Assembly: GCA_016700175.1 (NCBI GenBank)
Contig: CP065003.1
Span: forward strand, 1,805,238-1,869,237
Direction: 5' to 3'
DNA: 64,000 bases
From: Acidobacteriota bacterium
Lineage (GTDB): Bacteria; Acidobacteriota; Blastocatellia; Pyrinomonadales; Pyrinomonadaceae
Numbering within the stretch: the first letter of the stretch is position 1; every line of letters starts with the position of its first letter. The translations under genes were made by a program, and so were the position numbers. The notes beneath the pieces are model-generated. The model was given only the letters and a program-made list of their open reading frames with translations. It did not search any database and was not told where the DNA came from. Shown one piece after another: positions 18,121-25,278 of the stretch.

Positions 18121-18230
18121 TTGCGGTTCTTTGCGACTTTGCGGGAGACACAACGAGATTCAATCGGCAATCCCTGTTAAACTCGGCTGAGAACACTCTC
18201 GCAAAGACGCCAAGCCGCAAAGAACCGCAA
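18121..18230. repeat. palindromic CTTTGCG-word element between lytS-like and lytTR genes
   Basis: Left arm TTGCGGTTCTTTGCGACTTTGCGGGAGA, right arm TCTCGCAAAGACGCCAAGCCGCAAAGAACCGCAA, about 48-nt centre. Confidence 0.9.
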
Positions 18231-18411
18231 AGGAAAGAGTTAAGCGCAATCAGGATCTGAGCTTTAGGTGCGTTTCTATCGGAAGAGTCAGATTCGCCGC
18301 AAAAGAGACAAACGAAAGGATCTTTGCGTCCATAGCGACCTTTTCGTTTGACACTCTTTAAAATCTCCGCGGTCTCTGCGTGCTCTGCGGTAGATTCTTC
18401 TTAGCTTATCT

Positions 18412-19176
18412 ATGTTCAAAGCACTCATAGTCGATGACGAGCCGCCGGCGCGGGAGATCATCCGCAGGATGCTCGCCGAGGACGAAGAGATAGAGGTCGT
18501 CGGCGAATGCTCGAACGGCGCCGAGGCCATCGAGGCGATCGCGGAGAAAGGCCCTGACCTTATGTTCCTCGACATACAGATGCCGGAGGTCGACGGCTTC
18601 GAACTGCTGGAAGCGTGCGGCGAGGAAAAGATGCCGGCGGTGATCTTCGTAACGGCTTTTAACCGCTACGCGGTCAAGGCATTCGAGGTGTCGGCGATCG
18701 ATTACCTGTTGAAACCGTTCGATCACGAGCGGATGGCGATGGCGCTCGACCGCGCGAAGACGAACCTTCGCGAACGCTCGGACGCTGAAAGAAGCGAGCA
18801 GTTGCTCGATCTTCTCAACCGCCTGACGGGAGGCCGCGAGAGGCTAAGGCGCTTTGTGATCAAGAACAACGGCCGGATCCTGCTTGTCCCGGCTGAAGAT
18901 GTCGACTGGATCGAATCGGACGGGAACTACCTGATACTCCACTGCGGGAACGACCGGCACCTGATCCGCGAGACCTTGAAAAACCTTGAAGAGAGGCTCG
19001 ATCCGGAGACGTTCTTCCGCATCCACCGATCGACGATCGTGAACATCGACTCGGTGAAGGAGCTTCAGAAGCACTTCAACGACGAGCACGTGGTGCTGAT
19101 GAGATCGGGGAAGGAGCTGATCCTGAGCCGGAGGTACAGGGGCAAGCTGGGGGAGAAACTGGGCGCTGCGATCTAG
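18412..19176 (+). CDS. LytTR-family response regulator
   Basis: Receiver motifs ALIVDDEP and DLMFLDIQMP. C-terminal LytTR DNA-binding domain (HRSTIVNIDSVKEL). Confidence 0.9.
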   Translation: MFKALIVDDEPPAREIIRRMLAEDEEIEVVGECSNGAEAIEAIAEKGPDLMFLDIQMPEVDGFELLEACGEEKMPAVIFVTAFNRYAVKAFEVSAIDYLLKPFDHERMAMALDRAKTNLRERSDAERSEQLLDLLNRLTGGRERLRRFVIKNNGRILLVPAEDVDWIESDGNYLILHCGNDRHLIRETLKNLEERLDPETFFRIHRSTIVNIDSVKELQKHFNDEHVVLMRSGKELILSRRYRGKLGEKLGAAI

Positions 19177-19191
19177 GGCTGAACGAGCTCT

Positions 19192-19330
19192 TCAACGCGA
19201 AGGTCGCTAAGGTCGCAATGGAATCTTGGACGCTCTCCTTTTGATCAGATCTAATTCCGGTAAGACCGTTCAGAACGTGATAATAGGAGTGAATCAACCT
19301 TCTTTGCGTCCTTCGCGACCTTTGCGTTGA
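19192..19330. repeat. palindromic CTTYGCG-word element (27-nt imperfect inverted arms)
   Basis: Arms TCAACGCGAAGGTCGCTAAGGTCGCAA and TTGCGTCCTTCGCGACCTTTGCGTTGA, about 85-nt centre. Lies between convergent genes. Confidence 0.9.
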
Positions 19331-19334
19331 AACC

Positions 19335-22300
19335 CTACGTCCCGAATTTGGCGCGGATCTTCACCGCCCGTTCGAGCCCGTCGACGTTCTCCAGGATCTT
19401 CCTTTTCAGGTCGGCATCAAGCTTTGGATTCGCTTCCAAAAAACGGTTCACGATCTGCAAGGCCTCTTCGCTCTTCTGCCCGCCGATGAACGAGCCGAGC
19501 CAATTGTTCACGAAGAAGATCTTTCGGTTGCGTTTCAAAGCCGGCAGTTCGGCGAGCGCTTCGTCGAGATAAGGGAGCGTAAGTTCCGAATGCGAAGGCG
19601 AATTCCAGACGCCCGACGCCTCCTCGATCCAGCTTTCGGAGATCTCCTTGTTCTCGGTGAAATCCTTCCAGTACTTCGCCTTGTTCTCTTTAGTCGCGAA
19701 TCCCGCCTTCGCGGCGTATGCCCAACGGAGCGCCGCGTCGTCCTTCTCGGTCTTTTCGAGCTCGGCGAGGAACTTCGCCCCGTCCGGATCGCCGGCGACT
19801 ATCAGGCGCGTGGCGATGTCGAAGCGGTCTTTCGGGCGGACAGGAAAGGGAGTACTGAGAGATGAGTACTGAGTACTGAGATTGCCCCCTGAATTGAGGT
19901 TCAGGTTTGAGTCTGTGGGCCCCTTCTCAGTCCTCAGTACTCTCTTCTCAGTACTCGAACCGCCTTCGGCTTTTGCTGGGCTACCATCCGTCGCTCCTCC
20001 GGAGCGAAGATCGACACCCGTCTCCGGTCTTCGGTCTCCCGTCTCCTGACTTCTGACTTCTGACTCCTCTGCCCCGTCTCCCGTCTCCGGTCTTCGGTCT
20101 CCCGTCTCCGGTCTTCGGTCTCCCGTCTCCTGACTTCTGACTTCTGACTCCTCTGCCCCGTCTCCCGTCTCCGGTCTCCCGTCTCCCTTGCGGAACAGTT
20201 CCTTCAGCGCCGCCCTCGCCCTTTCTCCTTTCGCAACGCCCAGCAAGGCTCGGAAATACGTGATCCTCTGCCCTACGGTCGGCGCGCCGTAGATCTTGTC
20301 GACAAGCAGCGCCTCGAGCTTCTGCGTGACCTCGTCCTGCTGTTTTTCCGAAAGGTAATACGTATAGGCGTACGCCACCCGGCCGAGGATCGACGAGATC
20401 GTCGTCTCGTCCTTCTCGATGTCGATATTCGCGATCGCGAGGTTTATGTAATCGAGCGGCGCGAGCTCGGCGAACCGGACCGAATCCCAGAGGCTGCCCC
20501 ACATCTGCGCGCGGAAAAACTCGTCCTTCTCGTCTCGTATGTTCTTGAGGATGTAGTTCCGGCTCTTTTCATCGAGCAGGAAAATCCCATAGCCGTAATC
20601 GCGGTAATTGGGGAATATCAGAATGGTCTTGCGCTCGTTTAACTTCGGTGGCTCAGACGAGTAATCGTCCTTTTTCTTGGCTTCGCTCTCATCGTCAAGA
20701 GGAAAGAGAAACTCCCTGCGTCTTGTGATCGAGTTGGATTCAAGGTCAGGCAACCTCGCATACGCTCTGTACCCAATTGGAATTCTTTCGATTCTCGTTT
20801 CACCATTCTCAAATACTCTGAGAACTTGAATATCCTGAAGCCAGTTGTAGTTAGCTTCGGGCAATATCGGCTCTTGAAGCATGTAGTCATTGAGAACAGT
20901 ATGTCCTCCATGGGCTCCGCATGAACGAGTAAATCCTGGGAGATCAGCAATGGGATTCGGGTCGCTCATCAAACAGTCTGACGGGCGATAAACGGCGGTT
21001 CCGGGCTTCGAAACCCAGTACCATGCCCACTCACTTCTCACGTGCCACTTGGTGAAATCAATCAGCGCTTGCTTGTCGGAATCACTTAGCTTCTTGAAGA
21101 ATTCTCGCTCAGACTCCTTTCTCACCCGAATGTAGGCGATTTCGTCCACTAGATCATGCCAGGTTGCGTTTCCGAATTCATGGCTATTCAGAAATTGACG
21201 TACAGCCTCCCTGAAAATCTCCTCGCCCCAAAAGAACTCAGCTTGCTTTAAGAACGATGGGGCCTTCTGATACACGATATTTCCGTAAGCAGATTTTGCC
21301 GCGCTCAAGTTCGGGAGTTCTTGATGGATTGGAGTAGTCCCACTTGTAACGTCTGTTTGGTAAGCGGCGCTCTTAGTCCGCTGATAGAAGACCTTCCAGG
21401 GATCGTATTCGGGAAGGACCTTCTCCATCGTCTTGTACGCCATGAACGTGGCGAATCCTTCCTTCAGCCAAAGGTCGTCGAACCACTTCATCGTGACCGT
21501 GTCGCCGAACCACTGGTGGGCCGCCTCGTGAAAGATGACCGACGCGCGCGAGATGTAGTTGTTCGCGGTCGGTTCGGTCGGGAAAATGACGGACGTCTCG
21601 CGGAGGAACGTCGCGCCTGCGTGCTCCATTCCGCCGAAAGGAAATTCGGGGATCAAGACGACATAGTACTTCGGAAACGGGAAAGGGTAGTCGAAATAGT
21701 CCTCGAGATACTCGATCGCCTCGCGGTTGAGGCGGAATACCTCTTCGACCGGAGCGACTGGAGCGCGGGCGCTTGGACCGCGGGCGTCCTCGCCCGCATC
21801 TGTGTTCCCGACTGGAGCGCGGGCGGCCTCGCCCGCATCCGCCGCCTGTGGCGGCAAGAGTTTATGCGCCTGTGATTTCCGGACGAAGATACGAATCGGA
21901 ACGCGGTCGGAGGGCCCGTCGCTACCGCTCCGGGTACTGAGTGGCTCCTGAATCACCTCAAACGGTCCCGCCGCGAACGCGAAAACGTAAGTACTGATCG
22001 GCTTAGTTTCTTCAAAGCCGACGTACCGACGCTCTGCTAGTTTCTTACGGTATTCTTCGGCTTCGCTTCTTACGGAGGGTCCGATGCCGGGCCGCGTACG
22101 TGAAGTATCGATACCTCCATTGCTAATCGCGACCCAGTCCTTCGGAATATCCATCGACAACAGGAAGCGCGCTTTCAAATCCGGTTGATCAAAGACCGGG
22201 AAGGCCGTCGAAGCATCCGAGGGAACGAATAGCGAGTAGATATACTCTGAGCCATCCTCCGTGTCTTTGTATCTCGTCACCGCGGCTCCCGACGTCAGGA

Positions 22301-22712
22301 TCGGTGAACTAAAATTGAGGACTAACTTGTTTCGGCCTTGCCGCACGCCTTTTCGAAATATCAAATGCTCTTCTACTTCAACGAATTCCGCTTCACGATC
22401 ATTCAGCCTTACGTAGGAGAGGGTTGAGCGTTGTTCGTGACCCGCGATTTTCCGCCAATCAAGCACGATCGGGACATCCTCGTCGGAGGATTCCTTGCGG
22501 ATGTCCACTGAGATCTCCAGTCTTCCTTCGAGTCTGTCCGACGCTTTCTCAGTCCAATCGATCCAAACATCGACCTTGTATCGGACATTTGAATAGTGCT
22601 CGGCGCGCCATTTTGCGAGCTCGAGCGGGACGCCCGGCTCGATCGAAGGAGCTTGTGCGTTTGCGGTCATGGCAAAAAAGAAGAGGGCGAAGATTCCCAA
22701 GAGTATTTTCAT
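19335..22712 (-). CDS. M1-family zinc aminopeptidase, secreted, with repeat-derived inserts
   Basis: Signal peptide, exopeptidase motif GGMEHAG, zinc motif HEAAHQWFGD followed by WLKEGFATF. At 1125 aa it is much longer than usual because of low-complexity inserts. Confidence 0.85.
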   Translation of the reverse strand: MKILLGIFALFFFAMTANAQAPSIEPGVPLELAKWRAEHYSNVRYKVDVWIDWTEKASDRLEGRLEISVDIRKESSDEDVPIVLDWRKIAGHEQRSTLSYVRLNDREAEFVEVEEHLIFRKGVRQGRNKLVLNFSSPILTSGAAVTRYKDTEDGSEYIYSLFVPSDASTAFPVFDQPDLKARFLLSMDIPKDWVAISNGGIDTSRTRPGIGPSVRSEAEEYRKKLAERRYVGFEETKPISTYVFAFAAGPFEVIQEPLSTRSGSDGPSDRVPIRIFVRKSQAHKLLPPQAADAGEAARAPVGNTDAGEDARGPSARAPVAPVEEVFRLNREAIEYLEDYFDYPFPFPKYYVVLIPEFPFGGMEHAGATFLRETSVIFPTEPTANNYISRASVIFHEAAHQWFGDTVTMKWFDDLWLKEGFATFMAYKTMEKVLPEYDPWKVFYQRTKSAAYQTDVTSGTTPIHQELPNLSAAKSAYGNIVYQKAPSFLKQAEFFWGEEIFREAVRQFLNSHEFGNATWHDLVDEIAYIRVRKESEREFFKKLSDSDKQALIDFTKWHVRSEWAWYWVSKPGTAVYRPSDCLMSDPNPIADLPGFTRSCGAHGGHTVLNDYMLQEPILPEANYNWLQDIQVLRVFENGETRIERIPIGYRAYARLPDLESNSITRRREFLFPLDDESEAKKKDDYSSEPPKLNERKTILIFPNYRDYGYGIFLLDEKSRNYILKNIRDEKDEFFRAQMWGSLWDSVRFAELAPLDYINLAIANIDIEKDETTISSILGRVAYAYTYYLSEKQQDEVTQKLEALLVDKIYGAPTVGQRITYFRALLGVAKGERARAALKELFRKGDGRPETGDGAEESEVRSQETGDRRPETGDRRPETGDGAEESEVRSQETGDRRPETGVDLRSGGATDGSPAKAEGGSSTEKRVLRTEKGPTDSNLNLNSGGNLSTQYSSLSTPFPVRPKDRFDIATRLIVAGDPDGAKFLAELEKTEKDDAALRWAYAAKAGFATKENKAKYWKDFTENKEISESWIEEASGVWNSPSHSELTLPYLDEALAELPALKRNRKIFFVNNWLGSFIGGQKSEEALQIVNRFLEANPKLDADLKRKILENVDGLERAVKIRAKFGT
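19851..19960. repeat. inverted GTACTGA-type heptamer arms inside the M1 aminopeptidase CDS
   Basis: AGTACTGAGAGATGAGTACTGAGTACTGAG ... CTCAGTCCTCAGTACTCTCTTCTCAGTACT. Translated in frame as ...STEKRVLRTEKGPTDSNLNLNSGGNLSTQYSSLST... Confidence 0.9.
20019..20186 (+). repeat. 24-unit heptamer array inside the M1 aminopeptidase CDS
   Basis: Units CGTCTCC/GGTCTTC/GGTCTCC/TGACTTC/TGACTCC/TCTGCCC in unbroken phase. 168 nt = 24 x 7 = 56 codons. Confidence 0.95.
21756..21840. repeat. two module-C hairpins inside the M1 aminopeptidase CDS
   Basis: GCGGGCG-TCCT-CGCCCGC (21780-21797) and GCGGGCG-GCCT-CGCCCGC (21819-21836). The same hairpin occurs at 8130-8147 and 51015-51032. Confidence 0.9.
21910..21940. 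repeat. fragment of the 39109-39296 element arm inside the M1 CDS
   Basis: GAGGGCCCGTCGCTACCGCTCCGGGTACTGA compared with AGAGGGCCGGTCGCTACCGCTCCCGGTACTGA. Confidence 0.8.
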
Positions 22713-22927
22713 TTCAAAATCTTGAGGGAGAGTGCAATTTCTATTCGGCGCAAATCTCTACGCACGAAGGTCTAACCACAAAGGTCACTGAGGTTTTCAC
22801 AAAGGGCACGAAGAGAACAGGTAGTTTCACGAAGCCTTCTGTCTAATGGTGAACATTCTACCGCAAGGAATGGCATTCATTGATCAGGTCTCAATTTCCT
22901 GATCGTCAACCGCAGAAATAGAGGCTT

Positions 22928-23072
22928 CCCTCTCTGTGTTCTTCGTGAAATCCTCTGTGCGCTCTGTGGTGAATTCTTCTCTGACAAAATGCACGCGCCC
23001 GCCATCCTGGAAAACAAAAAAGACACTCCCGTAAGGAAACGTCTCGGTCAGATCGGGTTGTATCGGGTCAGG
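22928..23072 (+). repeat. 145-bp direct repeat, copy 1
   Basis: Aligns by eye with 23141-23284 (offset 213 nt). Contains CTCTGTG words and a minus-strand terminator. Confidence 0.9.
23009..23044 (-). terminator. intrinsic terminator (minus strand), copy 1
   Basis: The minus-strand RNA reads AGACGUUUCC-UUAC-GGGAGUGUCU (10 bp including G.U pairs) followed by UUUUUUGUUUUCC. It lies inside a 145-bp direct repeat. Confidence 0.6.
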
Positions 23073-23140
23073 AATCAGGTGTCAGGTGTCAACGGTCAGG
23101 TATCAAGCGCCGGAGCGTCAAACTATGTACACAAAGCATC

Positions 23141-23284
23141 GCCCTCTGTGATCTCTGTGAAAACCTCTGTGTGCTCTGTGGTTAACTCTTCTTTGACAAA
23201 ATACAAGCGCCCGACATCCGGGAAAACAAAAAAGACGCTCCCGTAAGGAAACGTCTCGGTCAGATCGGGTTGGATCGGGTCAGG
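23141..23284 (+). repeat. 145-bp direct repeat, copy 2
   Basis: See 22928-23072. Confidence 0.9.
23220..23255 (-). terminator. intrinsic terminator (minus strand), copy 2
   Basis: The minus-strand RNA reads AGACGUUUCC-UUAC-GGGAGCGUCU followed by UUUUUUGUUUUC. On the plus strand the same stem would have C.A mismatches. Confidence 0.65.
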
Positions 23285-23359
23285 GAGCAATGGTCAGGTA
23301 TCGAGGATCACGTATCAGCGGCTCGAGGCTCTCAGTACTCGCGGTAGCCCTCCCTCACG

Positions 23360-23598
23360 GTCGGGCTTCGGACACGGGCTCAATCGACCTCTCCTCTTCT
23401 CATGTGCTGCGCAAGCGCTGCTCTAAACGGGCGCGAGTCGGGCTTCGGACACGGGCTCAATCGACCTCTCCTCTTCTCATGTGCTGCGCAAGCGCTGCTC
23501 TAAACGGGCGCGAGTCGGGCTTCGGACACGGGCTCAATCGTCCTCTCGCTTCCCTCATGTGCAGCGCAAGCGCCGCTCTAAACGGGCGCGAGTCGGGT
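23360..23598 (+). repeat. 77-bp tandem repeat x3.1
   Basis: The GTCGGGC anchor recurs at 23360, 23437, 23514 and 23592. Each unit holds a module-A hairpin (GCTGCGCAAGCGCTGC) plus CTCTAAAC. Confidence 0.93.
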
Positions 23599-23696
23599 CA
23601 CTCTCAGTACTCAGCACTCATCTCTCAGTACTCAGTACTCAGTACTCAGTACTCAGCACTCATCTCTCAGCACCGCTCACCGCTCACTGCTCACAG
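23599..23696 (+). repeat. 14-unit heptamer array (AGTACTC family merging into GCTCAC family)
   Basis: Counted in phase from 23599. The TonB stop codon (23691-23693) lies in the last unit. Confidence 0.93.
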
Positions 23697-25106
23697 ATTG
23701 AAATTGAAGCTGATGAATCCCGTAGCCTTTACCGGCTGGCCGTCGCGCGTGAACGGTCGGAACTTCCATTTCCTGACAGCGTCTTCCGCCGCGCGGGTCA
23801 GCATCGGAGGCCCGTCAGCGTTATTGACCTCCGCCACCGAGCCGTCTTCGTCAACGATGATCTTCACCGTCACGACACCCGTAAGGCGCATCGTCCTCGC
23901 CTGGCGCGGATAGATAGGGCTCACGCGGCGCGTCGCATATCCAATCAGAGACCCGATCGGAAGAGGCCCCGTCGGTTCTTCTACAGAGCTGTCCTTTTCG
24001 GTAACATCGTCCGCCGTAAGCGCACTCTTCACGTTCGGCTGGTCTTCCGGATCGGCCTCGCGGCTTTCGTCACGCTTGGCAGACCCTATGACGCGCACCG
24101 GCCTGTCGTTCGGATCGAGGTCCTTGTCGACCTTTGCCGGCTCAGGATCCTTTTTCACTTCTTCAGGCTTCTTCGCGACAGTGTTCGAGGCCGGCTTGTT
24201 CTCTTCTCTTGGGGGAGTTCTTTCGAGCGGGATAGGAATAGTTTTCCGTTCCGGCTTCTTCTCCGCGACCGTGTCAGCGGCGGGGATCGCAGCAAGCGGT
24301 TGCTCCGCGGGCTTCTCGTCCTCTTCGATCACCGCCAGATCGTCGCTGTCGATCTTCGAAGAAGCGACATCCGCCTCCTTTTCTTCAACCGGCGGCGGAT
24401 TCGTCGCGCTCAGGATAACGCTCCTCGACGCGACCATCTGCTCGCGCGCGTCAGCAAGCTGGTCTTTCCACTGTTTGGCGTCGTATGCGTCCCGCGCAAG
24501 CGCTCCGCGGGCGGAACTCGATTCTTCGAGAAGGGCCGAAGCGTTGGACTGCAGATCTTTGTCGGCGGTCATCGACTTCGAATGCTCGATGACCATCTCG
24601 AGCGTCTCGCGCATTCCCTGGATGTCGGCGATCGCGACGGTCGGCAGGTTGCGGTCGTTGATGTTCAGACCGAGCGATCTGTACCGATCAGACTGCGACC
24701 TCGCGCTGTTCACTACCTGGCCCGCGACGGCAAGATAGTCGAAAGACGCGTCCGACCCCTTCGAATCCTGCGATTCCTTCAAAAGGGACTTTGCCTTCGG
24801 GTAATCCGAAAGCTCGAGATACGCGTGCATCAGAAGGACGTTCACGACGCGGTTCACAGCCGGCTCCGTGTTCTCGCGCTTGATGTTCTCAAGCTCGTAG
24901 ATCGCCGCCGCAAAATTGCGCACCGCCAGCAACGCCTTCGATTTGGAGATGCGCTCGCGCATCACCTCGGCGGACGTAGGCGCCTTCTCGATCGCCGCCT
25001 TGGCGATCGTAGTGTCAGCTGGCGTGTTTTCCTGGGAAAAGGTCTGAAAAGAAAGGCTGAGTATGAATGCAAAAATAAAGACCGGTAATACGGTTCTCTG
25101 GGACAT
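23691..25106 (-). CDS. TonB-family protein with N-terminal TPR-like region
   Basis: Signal/anchor, Pro/Glu/Lys-rich linker and C-terminal TonB domain (YPRQARTMRLTGVVTVKIIVDEDGSV...). Confidence 0.8.
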   Translation of the reverse strand: MSQRTVLPVFIFAFILSLSFQTFSQENTPADTTIAKAAIEKAPTSAEVMRERISKSKALLAVRNFAAAIYELENIKRENTEPAVNRVVNVLLMHAYLELSDYPKAKSLLKESQDSKGSDASFDYLAVAGQVVNSARSQSDRYRSLGLNINDRNLPTVAIADIQGMRETLEMVIEHSKSMTADKDLQSNASALLEESSSARGALARDAYDAKQWKDQLADAREQMVASRSVILSATNPPPVEEKEADVASSKIDSDDLAVIEEDEKPAEQPLAAIPAADTVAEKKPERKTIPIPLERTPPREENKPASNTVAKKPEEVKKDPEPAKVDKDLDPNDRPVRVIGSAKRDESREADPEDQPNVKSALTADDVTEKDSSVEEPTGPLPIGSLIGYATRRVSPIYPRQARTMRLTGVVTVKIIVDEDGSVAEVNNADGPPMLTRAAEDAVRKWKFRPFTRDGQPVKATGFISFNFNL

Positions 25107-25278
25107 TATCCGTTTCTCCTGCTAGCTGCTCCGAGATTCTGTTCTTGGTGAAGTATCTTCAGGACTACGCTTCAAAACGTGATTCCCTTCGAGTTACAAA
25201 AAACTAAACCATTATGCTTTGTAACCTTTGATCAGGCAAGGGCCGATAATCATTGGTTATCGTTACCATCAGGTCTGC

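Noticed and set aside
23360-23598. Possible CRISPR array (regular repeats containing GTTTAGAGCAGCGCTTGCGCAGC on the minus strand).
   Set aside because: The entire 77-bp unit is repeated, so there are no unique spacers. No cas genes are present, and the core is a dispersed hairpin module found singly elsewhere.
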